Origin: Rhodobacter sp.
Lineage (GTDB): Bacteria > Pseudomonadota > Alphaproteobacteria > Rhodobacterales > Rhodobacteraceae
Assembly: GCA_020250175.1 (NCBI GenBank)
Contig: JADCEN010000001.1
Coordinates: 10,996 to 74,995, forward strand
Length of the DNA stretch: 64,000 nt
Direction of reading: 5' to 3'
The notes below the pieces were generated by a model. That model worked only from the letters and a program-made list of their open reading frames with translations, was not told the DNA's origin and did not search any database. Both the position numbers and the translations under genes were made by a program. The number at the start of each line of letters is the position of its first letter. The first letter of the stretch is position 1. Of this stretch, positions 17,990 through 28,506 are shown piece after piece.

Positions 17990-19021
17990 ATGGCCCATGC
18001 AGGTGCTGACAATCCGATCCCGCCGGGTTCTGCGCCCCGGCGGATGTCATCGGGCATGCGGCTTTTGCTTGGCAACGAATTCGGGCTGGCTGTCCTGATC
18101 CTGCTGACCGTCGCAGTCTTTGCACTGACGCTGGATGGATTCACCTCGCCGTTCAGCATCTATACGATTGGCCGCCAGATCGGCATCGACACGATGATCG
18201 GCCTTGCGATGATGGCGGTGATCGTGACAGGCGGGCTTGATCTGTCGGTCGGGGCCATCGGTGTCTGCTCGGCGATGCTCTTTGGCTGGCTGATGCAGGT
18301 CATGGGTGTGCCGGTCCCTGTCGCCGTACCCGTGGCGGTGCTTTTCGGGGCAAGCCTGGGCTTCGTGAACGGCTTTACCGTGGTCATGTCCGGCGTTCAC
18401 AGCTTTATCATCACGCTGGCGAGCATGAGCATCTTCTTTGGCGTGATGATCTTTCTGACCAGGGCCGCCGCCTTCAACGGCCTGCCGCCACAGGTGCAGG
18501 CCTTTGGAAAGATGCGGGTCCTGCCGGGCATATCCCCGCTTCTGCTGATCGCAGTTGCCGTTTGTGCGGCTCTGGTTGTCTTTTACCGTTACTCGACTCT
18601 GGGCCGGCAGATGCTTGCCGCCGGGGCCAATGCGCGCGCGGCAGAACTTTCGGGCATCCGCACCGGTCGCGTCATCGTGGCCTGCCACATGCTGACGGGA
18701 CTTCTGGCGGCCATCGCCGGGCTGATGGTCACGGCCCGGACCGGCGCGGCGGTACCGTCCATGGCCGGGCAACTGGGCCAGGACTGGCTTCTTCCCGCCT
18801 TCCTTGCGCCGGTCCTTGGCGGCACGCTGCTGTCCGGCGGGCGCGTCTCGGTCATCGGCACGCTGCTTGGCGCGACCTTTATCAACATCATGACCTCGGG
18901 CCTGCTGCTGATGCGGGTGGGAGAGTTCTGGATCCTCGCCTTTCTGGGTGTAATGCTGCTGATCGCGGTGCTGGCCGACCGGACGCGCCAGGTATTCCTG
19001 ACATCACGGGGGATGATCTGA
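17990..19021 (+). CDS. Sugar ABC transporter permease (CUT2)
   Basis: Multi-TM protein of the RbsC/AraH type. ATG at 17990; the ORF-track start at 17918 is an upstream extension. Confidence 0.85.
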   Translation: MAHAGADNPIPPGSAPRRMSSGMRLLLGNEFGLAVLILLTVAVFALTLDGFTSPFSIYTIGRQIGIDTMIGLAMMAVIVTGGLDLSVGAIGVCSAMLFGWLMQVMGVPVPVAVPVAVLFGASLGFVNGFTVVMSGVHSFIITLASMSIFFGVMIFLTRAAAFNGLPPQVQAFGKMRVLPGISPLLLIAVAVCAALVVFYRYSTLGRQMLAAGANARAAELSGIRTGRVIVACHMLTGLLAAIAGLMVTARTGAAVPSMAGQLGQDWLLPAFLAPVLGGTLLSGGRVSVIGTLLGATFINIMTSGLLLMRVGEFWILAFLGVMLLIAVLADRTRQVFLTSRGMI

Positions 19022-20013
19022 TGGCCGCCACGCGCGACAGCGCCCTGACACGGGCCTTTGACAATGACTGGATCGGGCCGGGGCTGGTCAGCCTGATCGC
19101 GGTGGTCGCAATCAGCCTGGCACAACCGGCCTTTCTGTCACCCTTCAACATCTTCGTGCTGATGTCGGCGATCTCGGTCAACATGGTCATCGCCCTGGGG
19201 CAACTGGTGATCATCGGGCTTGGCCAGATGAACCTTGCGCTTGGCTCGATCGGCGGACTGGTCGCGATCAGCTTTGTCGGCGTGATCGAACGCTACGGCA
19301 TTCCGGTTCCCCTGGCCTTGGCCTTTGCACTTGGCATCGGCATCGCGGCGGGCATGTCGGGCGGCTACATCATCGCCCGCACGATGATTTCCGCCTTCAT
19401 CATCACCCTCGCAGGATTGCAGATATTCAAGGGGATCAACCTTGGCATTACCGAAGCGCAGCCTTTCTATGGCGTGCCCGAGGCTGTGAAGGCCTTCGGT
19501 CAGGCGTCTGTCATCGGCCCGCTGCCCTGGCTGATGGTACCGATGATGATCTGCTCTGTCGCAATGTGGTATCTTTTCAACCGGATGCGGATCGGGCGGC
19601 ATATCCTTGCCATGGGGTCGAACCCGCATGCGGCAGAACTGTCCGGCATCGACGCGAATGCCACGATCATCTGGGCGCATGGCATCTCGGGGCTATTGGC
19701 CGCCATTGCCGGGCTTATGCTGGTTGCGCGCCTGCAGATAGGTCAGCCGACGATCGGGGATGACTGGCTGATCTCTTCCTTTGCGGCCCCGGTGATCGGC
19801 GGCGCGGTGCTGACGGGGGGCCGCGTCTCGGTTGCGGGCACATTCTTCGGGGTCGTGATCATTGCGATCATCACGCAGGGACTGGTCATGTTCAACATCG
19901 ACCCCTTCGTCGTGCAGATCGTGCTGGGTGCGCTGATCCTGTGGGCTGTCGCGGTCAACAGACTGCGCGAGATGCGCATCGCCCGGGTCCAGGCACGGGG
20001 GGCAGGCGCATGA
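19021..20013 (+). CDS. Sugar ABC transporter permease (CUT2)
   Basis: Second RbsC-like permease. The ATG at 19021 overlaps the previous TGA. Confidence 0.85.
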   Translation: MAATRDSALTRAFDNDWIGPGLVSLIAVVAISLAQPAFLSPFNIFVLMSAISVNMVIALGQLVIIGLGQMNLALGSIGGLVAISFVGVIERYGIPVPLALAFALGIGIAAGMSGGYIIARTMISAFIITLAGLQIFKGINLGITEAQPFYGVPEAVKAFGQASVIGPLPWLMVPMMICSVAMWYLFNRMRIGRHILAMGSNPHAAELSGIDANATIIWAHGISGLLAAIAGLMLVARLQIGQPTIGDDWLISSFAAPVIGGAVLTGGRVSVAGTFFGVVIIAIITQGLVMFNIDPFVVQIVLGALILWAVAVNRLREMRIARVQARGAGA

Positions 20014-21521
20014 CCGCGTTGCAGGTCTCCCATGTCAGCAAGTCCTTTCCCGGTGTCCGTGCGCTGCAGGACGTGTCGATGACGATGACCGCAGGATCGG
20101 TCCACGCCCTTCTGGGCGAAAACGGGGCGGGCAAGTCGACGCTGATCAAGATCGTCACCGGCATCTGCAAGCCCGACAGCGGCACGGTGTCACTGAACGG
20201 TGCGGCCGTGCGCTTTGCCAACCCGCGGCAGGCGGCGGCAGGGGGCCTTGGCGTGGTTCACCAGGAGCGCAATCTGGTCACCCGCTTTTCGGTGGGCGAA
20301 AACATCCTGCTGGACCGGCTGGGCAAGCGCGCCCTGTCCCTGGTCGATTACACGTCCCTGCACCGCGAGGCGGAGAAGTGGCTGAAGCTTCTGGACCTTG
20401 ACGTAGACCCGCGGACAATCGTGTCGCGGCTGTCGGTCGCGCAGATGCAACTGGTCGAGATCGGCAAGGCGCTGTCCCTGCAGTCCAGGGTCCTGCTTCT
20501 GGATGAACCCACCGCCTCGCTCACGCCCAACGAATCGACGGTGCTTTTCCGCATCCTGCGGCGGCTGCGCGATGATGGCGTGGCAATCGGCTTTGTCAGC
20601 CACAAGCTGGAGGAGGTGTTCGACATCTGCGACCGCGTGACCGTCCTGCGTGACGGCCGGAACGCCTGCGACAGTGCCGGTCTTTCGCAACTCAGTCGTG
20701 ATGACGTGGTGCGGATGATGATCGGCCGGGCCGAGCGCATCACCACGCGCGCGCCCCGCCCCAAGACAGATGCCGCACCCTATCTGGAACTCAGGGGCTA
20801 TGCCTCGGGCGCCGGTCACCGCGATATCAGCCTGACCGTCCGCCCCGGAGAGATCGTGGGCCTTTACGGCCTTGTCGGTGCCGGCCGCAGCGAACTTGCC
20901 CGCGCAATCCTGGGGCTGTCAAAACAGATCGCGGGCGAAGTGCGGGTCCTGGGGCGGGCCGTCCACATCAGTTCGGTGGCACAGGCGCTGCACGACCACG
21001 GCATCGGCTATGTCTCTGAGGATCGCAAAGCCGAGGGCCTGATCCTGATGCATTCGGTGCTGGCCAATGGCGGCATCACCATCTGGCGCAAGCTTGCCAA
21101 TGCACTGGGCTTGCTGCGCGACACCACCATCGCGGCCAGGGTGGGCCCGGTGCTGAGGCGGCTGGAGGTGAAGACGCCTTCGGTCCACCAGATCATCGGC
21201 AATCTGTCGGGCGGCAATCAGCAGAAGGTGTCGGTTGCGAAATGGCTTGCGGCGGGGGTGCGCCTTCTGATCATCGACGAGCCATCGGTCGGCATCGACA
21301 TCAAGACCAAGGCCTATCTGCACGACCTGATCCACGAACTGGCCGAACAGGGCACCGCCATCCTTCTGATCACCTCGGACATGCCCGAGATGATCGATGT
21401 CGCGGACCGGATTCTGGTTATGGACGGCTACCGCATCAAGGGCGAGGTCGAGAACGACCGAAGCTATGATCCGGTCTCCAGGGCGATCATGGGACTGATT
21501 CACGAAAAGGCGGCAGCCTGA
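20010..21521 (+). CDS. Sugar ABC transporter ATP-binding protein (duplicated ATPase)
   Basis: Walker A GENGAGKST, two LSxGxxQ signatures, 503 aa. ATGA overlap at 20010. Confidence 0.9.
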   Translation: MTALQVSHVSKSFPGVRALQDVSMTMTAGSVHALLGENGAGKSTLIKIVTGICKPDSGTVSLNGAAVRFANPRQAAAGGLGVVHQERNLVTRFSVGENILLDRLGKRALSLVDYTSLHREAEKWLKLLDLDVDPRTIVSRLSVAQMQLVEIGKALSLQSRVLLLDEPTASLTPNESTVLFRILRRLRDDGVAIGFVSHKLEEVFDICDRVTVLRDGRNACDSAGLSQLSRDDVVRMMIGRAERITTRAPRPKTDAAPYLELRGYASGAGHRDISLTVRPGEIVGLYGLVGAGRSELARAILGLSKQIAGEVRVLGRAVHISSVAQALHDHGIGYVSEDRKAEGLILMHSVLANGGITIWRKLANALGLLRDTTIAARVGPVLRRLEVKTPSVHQIIGNLSGGNQQKVSVAKWLAAGVRLLIIDEPSVGIDIKTKAYLHDLIHELAEQGTAILLITSDMPEMIDVADRILVMDGYRIKGEVENDRSYDPVSRAIMGLIHEKAAA

Positions 21522-21522
21522 C

Positions 21523-22632
21523 ATGGCGCGCATAACCCGCATCGACGCACTGATGGTGGACCTGGTGCCAGAGGTGAAGCGCACCGATGCAATCCAGTCC
21601 TTTGTAAGCCAGGAGACACCGATCCTGCGCATAACCGATGCCGATGGCGCGGTGGGCACGGGCTACAGCTATACCATCGGCACCGGCGGGCCCGCGATCA
21701 TGTCGCTTTTGCACCGGACCCTTGCGCCCGCCCTGCTGGGGCGCGAGGCGGACGGGATTGAACGCATCTGGCGCGACCTTCTGTTCCTGACCCATGCAAC
21801 CTCGGTCGGTGCGATCACCTCATTGGCGCTTGCGGCCATCGATACCGCTCTTTGGGATCTGAAGTGCCGCAGGGCGGGCCAGCCGCTGCACCGCATGGCC
21901 GGCGGCGCGCAAGACCGGATACCGCTTTACACCACCGAGGGCGGCTGGCTGCATCTGGGCACAGGCGCGCTGGTTGAAGATGCGGTGCGGGCGAAAGAGG
22001 CGGGCTTTGGCGGGTCCAAGATCAAGATCGGCCGCCCGCACGTGTCCGAGGATGTCGCCCGCCTGACCGCCGTCCGCGATGCTGTCGGTCCGGCATTTGA
22101 GATCATGACCGACGCCAATCAGCGGTTTACCCTGGACGAGGCGATCCGCCGCGCCCGCTGCCTGACGCCGCTTGACATTGCCTGGCTGGAAGAACCGCTG
22201 CCCGCAGACGATCTGTCGGGCCATCAGCGCCTGTCCGAAAGTACCCCGCTGCCGATTGCGGTTGGCGAAAGCCTTTATTCGCCGTTGCACTTCCGCGAAT
22301 ATCTTCAGCGCGGGGCCTGTTCCATCGTGCAGGTCGATGTGGCGCGCATCGGCGGTATCACGCCCTGGCTCAAGACGGCGCATCTGGCGGAAACATTCAA
22401 CGTGCCGGTCTGCCCGCATTTCCTGATGGAACTGCATGTCAGCCTTTGTGCCGCCGTCCCGAACGCGCGCTGGGTGGAATACATCCCGCAACTGGACCGG
22501 CTGACCAGCGAACCGATGCGGATCACGGATGGTCACGCCATCCCGTCAAACGCGCCGGGCCTTGGCATCGCCTGGGACGCTGCCGCCATCAACCGGCTGG
22601 CCGTTCCGGGTTCGGCGTTCGGCATCAGATGA
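21523..22632 (+). CDS. Enolase-superfamily (mandelate racemase subgroup) acid-sugar dehydratase
   Basis: KxK (GGSKIKIG), metal ligands TDAN / LEEP / GES, and His base in VCPH. 369 aa. Confidence 0.85.
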   Translation: MARITRIDALMVDLVPEVKRTDAIQSFVSQETPILRITDADGAVGTGYSYTIGTGGPAIMSLLHRTLAPALLGREADGIERIWRDLLFLTHATSVGAITSLALAAIDTALWDLKCRRAGQPLHRMAGGAQDRIPLYTTEGGWLHLGTGALVEDAVRAKEAGFGGSKIKIGRPHVSEDVARLTAVRDAVGPAFEIMTDANQRFTLDEAIRRARCLTPLDIAWLEEPLPADDLSGHQRLSESTPLPIAVGESLYSPLHFREYLQRGACSIVQVDVARIGGITPWLKTAHLAETFNVPVCPHFLMELHVSLCAAVPNARWVEYIPQLDRLTSEPMRITDGHAIPSNAPGLGIAWDAAAINRLAVPGSAFGIR

Positions 22633-22657
22633 GACCGGCAACCTGGGGCGCAGGATC

Positions 22658-23692
22658 ATGAAGGCTTTTCTCCTGCATGGCGCGGCGGACCTGCGCCTGG
22701 CTGACCTGCCTGTGCCGGACCCCAAAGCCGGCGATGTCCTGATTGCCGTTCGCCGTGCCGGCATCTGCGGGTCGGACTTGCATTACTATGGCCATTTCCG
22801 GATCGGCAGCTTCATCCCCAAGCGCCCCTTCGTTCTTGGCCATGAATTTGCGGGCGAGATTGTCGCGGTGGGGGCAGGGGTCGCGGCCACCCGGATCGGC
22901 GAGCGCGTGACCGTGGATCCGTCGATGCCCTGCGGTGTCTGTGGCGATTGCCGCAGGGGGCGCTACAACCTTTGCCGCGACATGCGCTTTTATGGTTCGG
23001 CCAGCTGCGATCCGCATGTCAACGGCGGGTTCGAGGAATTCGTGACCGCCCCCGCTGCGAACTGCCTGACACTGCCGGACGCCCTGGACTGGGGGCAGGC
23101 CGCGATGATTGAACCCCTGTCCGTTGCCGTTCATGCCCTGGGGCGTGCGGCAACGGTGGCCGGCAAGACCGTGCTGGTCACAGGCGGCGGCACCATCGGA
23201 CAAGTGACGGCGCTGGTTGCCCGCGCCTTCGGCGCGGCCTGCGTCGTGCTCAGCGACATTGCCCCCGGCCCCCGCGCCATTGCGCTGGCGCGGGGTGCCG
23301 ATGCCGTGCTCGATGCCAGCGACCCCGACTTTGTCCTTCAGGCGGGAAATCTTGCCCCCGGCGGGTTCGACCTGGTGGTCGAGGCGGCGGGGTCTGCCCA
23401 GGCATTGGAACAGGGGCTGCACACAGCCCGCCGTGGCGGCACGATCGTGCAGGTCGGCACCCTGCCGGGCAGCGTGACGCTTCCGCTTAACCTGGTCATG
23501 GCCCGCGAACTGGCAATTGTGGGATCGTTCCGCTTTGCCAACGCGTTCCAGACATCGATCAACCTCGTTGCGCAGGGGCGGATTGATGTGCGGCCCTTGA
23601 TCACGGCGGTCTATCCGCTTGCCGAGTTGCCTGTGGCCATCGAAGCTGCAATCCATGACCGGCGCAACATCAAGGTCCAGATCGCGCCATGA
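22658..23692 (+). CDS. Zn-dependent alcohol/polyol dehydrogenase (MDR family)
   Basis: GHEFAGEIV, structural-zinc Cys cluster CGVCGDCRRGRYNLC, and the NAD motif VTGGGTIG. ATG at 22658. Confidence 0.85.
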   Translation: MKAFLLHGAADLRLADLPVPDPKAGDVLIAVRRAGICGSDLHYYGHFRIGSFIPKRPFVLGHEFAGEIVAVGAGVAATRIGERVTVDPSMPCGVCGDCRRGRYNLCRDMRFYGSASCDPHVNGGFEEFVTAPAANCLTLPDALDWGQAAMIEPLSVAVHALGRAATVAGKTVLVTGGGTIGQVTALVARAFGAACVVLSDIAPGPRAIALARGADAVLDASDPDFVLQAGNLAPGGFDLVVEAAGSAQALEQGLHTARRGGTIVQVGTLPGSVTLPLNLVMARELAIVGSFRFANAFQTSINLVAQGRIDVRPLITAVYPLAELPVAIEAAIHDRRNIKVQIAP

Positions 23693-24207
23693 CCAAAGCC
23701 CCTGCTGCCGGTGCCCTTTCCTTGTCGCCTCCACCGCCTTTTGCTGCAGGTGATTGAGCAGGGCAAAGACCTGTCCGGCGAGGTTCAGGGTTCCCGCGCA
23801 GGGGTGCCCTGCCGGTTTTTCCCGCCCCGATATCCGTGACCACCTGCCGCTGCAGGCCGGCGCGGCCCTGACGCGCCTTGCGGAGGGCGCGCCTGCGGGC
23901 GATGCCGGGCCGCCGCTGCCCAAGGCGGGCAGGGGTTTTCGTGCCGCCAGGCCCACGCCATGGGCGAAGGCCCGTATCCTGCGGCAGTTGGCCTGCCGCC
24001 CGCGCCCTGCCAGTCCGGCCACCGGCCCGCGCGGGGTGAAGGCCCCCTGCGCGGGCCTTTGCGACCTTGCGAAGCCTCTGGCCCGCCTCAGGCCGCGCCA
24101 TCGCGCGCGGACACCCGCGGAAGGCGGTTTCGTCACAAGAGCCGGTCCGCATACCCCGGCCTGCAGGGTCAATCACACACCGGACCGACTGGAAATCCCC
24201 CGGCGAT

Positions 24208-25158
24208 TCACTCAGGCGCCATGCCGCCCGGGCCGTCTTCAGGCCCGGTCGGACCCTTGCCGTTGAAGTCGGGCCTCTCTTGCCGCCCGGACCGGACGTC
24301 TGACAGCAGACGTTTCATTTCTGCAATGCGGTCCTGCCCGGCGCGGTTCCGGCCAAGGCTGACCGCGGTGGAAAGGATATCGATCACGACCATTGCCGAC
24401 AGGCGCGAGACGGTTGGCGTGAAAAGGTCTGTGTTTTCAAGTGTTTCGGCCACGATCGCGATGCTGCAATGGGAAAGCAGCGGGCCACGGGACCCGGTGA
24501 TTGCGATTGTCGTTGCGCCTTTTTCCTGCGCGATGCGCGCGGCGCGAACCACATCAACCGTCGTTCCGGTGTTTGAAATCGCGACGGCCACATCATCCGG
24601 GGCCAGCATGGCGGCAGCCATCAGCATCTGGTGGCCATCGGTCTGCGCGCTGCAGGGTGCACCGAACAGCGGAAACTTCTGCTGCGCGTCGATCGCCACG
24701 ATGCCGGATGCCCCCAGACCGAAGAATTCAATCCTCGGGGCCGCCGAAAGTGCTGCCACGGCCGCGCGGATTGCGTCCGGATCAAGATGCGCGCGCACCC
24801 AAGCAAGGTTGGAAAGGTTGAAGTCGAAAATCTTTCCGGTGATCTCGCCCAGATCGTCGGCCGGGCCTATGGCCGAATGCGAGGTTGTGCGCGCAAAGGC
24901 CAGCGACCGTGCAAGCTTGACGCGCAGATCGCGAAAACCCTCGCAACCGATTGCAGCCGCAAAGCGGATCACGGTTGGTTCGCTGACACCCGACGCAGCG
25001 GCCAAGGTGCCAAGCGTCATCTCGACGGCTGCTTGCGGTGCTTGCAGAATTCTGTCTGCCACACGCCGCTCTGACCGGCGCAGGTCGGGCAGACTGCGGG
25101 CGATAACCTCCAGAAGGTTGTCCTCGACTGCCGTCGTGCGTACCGCCTCAGTCGCCAT
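24208..25158 (-). CDS. RpiR/HexR-family transcriptional regulator (HTH_6 + SIS)
   Basis: N-terminal HTH ...LGTLAAASGVSEPTVIRFAAAIGCEGFRDLRV... followed by a SIS domain (FFGLGASGIVA...AISNTGTT). Confidence 0.85.
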   Translation of the reverse strand: MATEAVRTTAVEDNLLEVIARSLPDLRRSERRVADRILQAPQAAVEMTLGTLAAASGVSEPTVIRFAAAIGCEGFRDLRVKLARSLAFARTTSHSAIGPADDLGEITGKIFDFNLSNLAWVRAHLDPDAIRAAVAALSAAPRIEFFGLGASGIVAIDAQQKFPLFGAPCSAQTDGHQMLMAAAMLAPDDVAVAISNTGTTVDVVRAARIAQEKGATTIAITGSRGPLLSHCSIAIVAETLENTDLFTPTVSRLSAMVVIDILSTAVSLGRNRAGQDRIAEMKRLLSDVRSGRQERPDFNGKGPTGPEDGPGGMAPE

Positions 25159-25990
25159 GGCTTCCGTCCGCTTCGATCCGCAGCGTCTGTCCGGCGACCG
25201 GTCGCAGGATTGTCAGCGCCCGCTCTGCCGCTGCCGCCCGATCAATGGCCGAAGAATTGCAGGTGTTGAAAGAAAACATGCCGAAATGATGCGGAACAAG
25301 GACAGAAGCCCCTGACGCCCGCGTCAGTTCGACGGCTTCCTGCAGGGTGAAGTTGCCGGGTATGCCCGCGGACAGGCGTCGGGCGTCACGGCCGTTCACC
25401 GGCAGCAGGGTGATGTCCGGGCAAAACGCGCGCAGGGACGCGCCGAGCCCGTCGAAGGGAATGCAATCGCCCGAATGATAGATCCTGATCCCGTCGGCCA
25501 GAAGGCCATAACCCAGAAAGACGTGCCGCCCCCCGGCATCGGTTTCGGGCGTCTCATGCGCGGCCGGAAAAACCTGAACCGTCAGGTCGGGGCCAAAGTG
25601 GATGACCTGCCCGGCATCCGCGGGCACCAGCCGCGCGCCCGGACCGGTCCGCGCCCGCGCCACGTCCATCCGCGCAGCGGGGACGACGACGGGAACCTCG
25701 GGAAAGCGCCCCACAAGCGGACCCAGCGTGTCGGGGTCCATGTGATCGGTATGGGCATGCGTGATCAGCACGACATCCGGGCGCGGCAGGTCCTGCGGCA
25801 GGACGGGCGCGGGCATCATGCGGCGATGGTCATTCGCCTGCCCCGCATACTTGCGCGCCAGACTGTCTGACAGATAGGGGTCGATCAGAACCCGCATCCG
25901 CCCCGTTTCGATCCAGAACCCCGCCTGCCCCAGCCAGAAAAGGCCCGGCGTCCCGGGCGCAGGCCAGCCGGGCGCACGCTTAATCCGCAT
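25148..25990 (-). CDS. Metallo-beta-lactamase-fold hydrolase (candidate lactonase)
   Basis: HxHxDH motif (THAHTDHMD). Later His/Asp ligands are present. ATG at 25990. Confidence 0.8.
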   Translation of the reverse strand: MRIKRAPGWPAPGTPGLFWLGQAGFWIETGRMRVLIDPYLSDSLARKYAGQANDHRRMMPAPVLPQDLPRPDVVLITHAHTDHMDPDTLGPLVGRFPEVPVVVPAARMDVARARTGPGARLVPADAGQVIHFGPDLTVQVFPAAHETPETDAGGRHVFLGYGLLADGIRIYHSGDCIPFDGLGASLRAFCPDITLLPVNGRDARRLSAGIPGNFTLQEAVELTRASGASVLVPHHFGMFSFNTCNSSAIDRAAAAERALTILRPVAGQTLRIEADGSHGD

Positions 25991-26918
25991 CGCCGTCCAG
26001 CACCAGCAAAAGGTTCTCGACCGCCCGGATCGTACTGCGTTCGACCGAGGCATCGGTGAACCCGCCGATATGGCTGGTCATCACCACGCCGGGATGGGCC
26101 AGCAGCGGCGAAGGCGCAGGCGGCTCTGTCTCGAAGACATCCGTCGCATAGCAGGCGATACGGCCAGACCCCAACGCCGCCCGCACCGCCTGCGGATCGA
26201 CCAGCCCGGCGCGGGCGGTGTTGACCACCACCGCCCCCTGCGCCAGTGTCGATATCCGCGCCCCTGTCAGCAGCGGCTGACCATCGGCGGGCATGGGCGC
26301 ATGCAGGCTGACCACATCCGCCTGCGCAACCGCCGCATCCAGCGTCGTGCGGGTAAGTCCCCTGTCCGCAAAAAGACCTTCGGGCGCATGGGGATCATGG
26401 CCCGCAACCCTTGCCCCCAGATCAAGGCACATCCGCGCATAGGCCGTGCCGACGGCCCCCAGACCGACAACCGCGACCCGTGCGCCCGCAATCTCGCGCC
26501 CCAGGCTGCGTGGCCAGTCGCCCCGCCGCATCCCTTCGTGGGTCCAGACGATCCGCCGCAGGCCCGCCAGGGTCAGGGCAAGCGCCAGTTCCGCCACGCC
26601 CCGCGCATTGCTGCCCTCGGCGCGGAACACCGGGATTTGCCGTGCCTCCAGCGCAGGCAGCGGCAGGTTGTCCACGCCTGTTCCGTTCCGGCTGATCACG
26701 CGCAATCGCCGCGCGGCGTCGATCACCGCCGTGCTGACGGGTTCCACCCCGGCCAGCCAGCCAAGACAGTCCGGTACCGCCTGAAGCAACGCCTTTTCGT
26801 CCGGTATCTTCCCCGGCGCGGGCATCACAAGGTCATAGCCCCGTTCCTGCAGCACGGTCAGGGCAGGGTGGCCGCCTTTCGACAGCGACCGGGGCGTGAT
26901 CATGATGGTCCCCTTCAT
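25980..26918 (-). CDS. D-isomer-specific 2-hydroxyacid dehydrogenase (PGDH-like)
   Basis: NAD motif VVGLGAVG and catalytic region ...NTARAGLVD...TSHIGG. Confidence 0.85.
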   Translation of the reverse strand: MKGTIMITPRSLSKGGHPALTVLQERGYDLVMPAPGKIPDEKALLQAVPDCLGWLAGVEPVSTAVIDAARRLRVISRNGTGVDNLPLPALEARQIPVFRAEGSNARGVAELALALTLAGLRRIVWTHEGMRRGDWPRSLGREIAGARVAVVGLGAVGTAYARMCLDLGARVAGHDPHAPEGLFADRGLTRTTLDAAVAQADVVSLHAPMPADGQPLLTGARISTLAQGAVVVNTARAGLVDPQAVRAALGSGRIACYATDVFETEPPAPSPLLAHPGVVMTSHIGGFTDASVERSTIRAVENLLLVLDGDAD

Positions 26919-27865
26919 GCACCGCGCCCCGTCACGCGGGCGGCAATGGCCGCAATCCGGTCAAAGGCGGGGCCACGCACCGGAATGTCCGCATGAAACA
27001 CCTCGGCGATCACCTGTGTCCAGCCGTGGATGAAGTAGGTCCAGCCATCCTCGACCTGCAAGCGCTGCCGTGCCGCCTGCGCACGGGCCTGATCAAGAAA
27101 GACCAGATCGCCGCGATAGTTCAGGTCCCACGCAATGGCACCTTGCGGAAACCGCGCCGCATCGGTGATCGGCGAGCCGGGCGTATCCTTGCCCAGCCCC
27201 GTCGCGTTGATAACCAGCGCGCCGGGCGAAAGGCCCGCCATCACGGCGTCATTGTCGCCGGGGTGCGGGGCCAGGATGCAATCAACCGGAATGCCGTGAC
27301 CAAGGCTGCGGTGGATCGCCGCCACATGATCGAGCCGCGCCTGGCTGCGGTTCGAGACAAGGATGCGCGACGGGCGATCCCTGCCGCGCGCCGCCTGCGA
27401 CAGATGCCATGTCAGCGCGATGGTGGACCCGCCCGCCCCCATCGAAAAGACCTCGGCCCGCGTGCGCGCGAAATGTCCCATTGGCACGAAGGAGTCCAGG
27501 GCAAGGCCGGAAGAGATCGGGTCCTTCGCATGGCACAGGAAGCGCCCGTCGCGCTTGGACAGGCAGCTTGTCTCCTGCATCAGCGCGGCAAGGGGATCAA
27601 CCTCATCGAACATGTCCTGCGCCGCCGCGAACAGGTCAAGCTTGTGCGTCGTCACCAGCGCCCCGCGCGACCGCGGGTCGGATTTAAGGAACGAGACCAC
27701 CTTGCGGTAGCGTTCCGGCCTGTCATGCGGCACAAGGTCGATGCCGCGCATGTCGACGTCGCCAAGGCCCAGATGGCGCGCCCATTCCGGAAACACGCGC
27801 ATGATCGACGACTGCCCCGTCGTGACCCCGATAAACCAGAAGGTGGCCTTTTCGGCGGGTTTCAT
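26915..27865 (-). CDS. Shikimate-dehydrogenase-family (AroE-like) oxidoreductase
   Basis: 316 aa. SMGAGGS nucleotide motif and ...VINATGLG... with SDH-like topology. ATGA overlap with eda. Confidence 0.75.
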   Translation of the reverse strand: MKPAEKATFWFIGVTTGQSSIMRVFPEWARHLGLGDVDMRGIDLVPHDRPERYRKVVSFLKSDPRSRGALVTTHKLDLFAAAQDMFDEVDPLAALMQETSCLSKRDGRFLCHAKDPISSGLALDSFVPMGHFARTRAEVFSMGAGGSTIALTWHLSQAARGRDRPSRILVSNRSQARLDHVAAIHRSLGHGIPVDCILAPHPGDNDAVMAGLSPGALVINATGLGKDTPGSPITDAARFPQGAIAWDLNYRGDLVFLDQARAQAARQRLQVEDGWTYFIHGWTQVIAEVFHADIPVRGPAFDRIAAIAARVTGRGA

Positions 27866-28506
27866 CCCGCGCCCCTGATCCGTGCCACCGCCGCGACCGC
27901 CGCCCGTGCATTGGCGACGATGCGGTCCCAGTTTCCCGCAGCGATATCGGCGCGGGTCGCGATCCAGGTTCCGCCGACGGCCCGCACCTGGGGGATGGCC
28001 AGCCAGTCGCCAAGCGTGGCAAGGGTGATGCCCCCCGTCGGATTGAAGCCCAGGCCCGTATGCGCATAGGGCGCGGCGATGCTTTTCAGCATGTCTGTCC
28101 CGCCGGCGGCCACCGCAGGAAAGAACTTCACCATCCGGCAGTCGGCCCGCAGCGCTGCCTGCAGGTCGCTTGGCGTCATGATCCCCGGCGCGAACGGCAG
28201 ACCGCGCCCCTTTGCATGGGCCAGCACCGCCTGGTCCAGCCCGGGCGACAGCGCAAATCTGGCACCCGCCGCGATGGAATCGTCGACCTGCGCTTCGGTC
28301 AGCACCGTACCCGAACCCACGATCATCTGCGGGCGATGCGTGGCCATCGCGATGATCGTGTCGCGCGCGGCCGCCGTGCGAAAAGTGATCTCGGCCACCG
28401 GAAGCCCCCCGGCGATCAACGCATCCGCCAGCGGCAGCGCAGAACCCGGATCGTCGATTGCGATGACGGGCACGACGCCGTGGCGGGAAAGCTCATCGAA
28501 GATCAT
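27862..28506 (-). CDS. eda: KDPG/KHG-type class I aldolase
   Basis: VVPVIAI...AEITFRT...VGSGTVL...MVKFFPA (Schiff-base Lys context). 214 aa. Confidence 0.85.
   Translation of the reverse strand: MIFDELSRHGVVPVIAIDDPGSALPLADALIAGGLPVAEITFRTAAARDTIIAMATHRPQMIVGSGTVLTEAQVDDSIAAGARFALSPGLDQAVLAHAKGRGLPFAPGIMTPSDLQAALRADCRMVKFFPAVAAGGTDMLKSIAAPYAHTGLGFNPTGGITLATLGDWLAIPQVRAVGGTWIATRADIAAGNWDRIVANARAAVAAVARIRGAG

Noticed and set aside
15054-18125. 1023-aa minus-strand ORF, and similar giants at 43027..45249 (-), 46678..48579 (-), 36132..38327 (+, beyond 36404), 571..2208 (+), 22625..24172 (-) and 52743..54311 (-).
   Set aside because: All run antisense to genes with clear homology and motifs. Their translations are Arg/Gly/Pro/Ala-rich low-complexity strings typical of stop-poor antisense frames in high-GC DNA.
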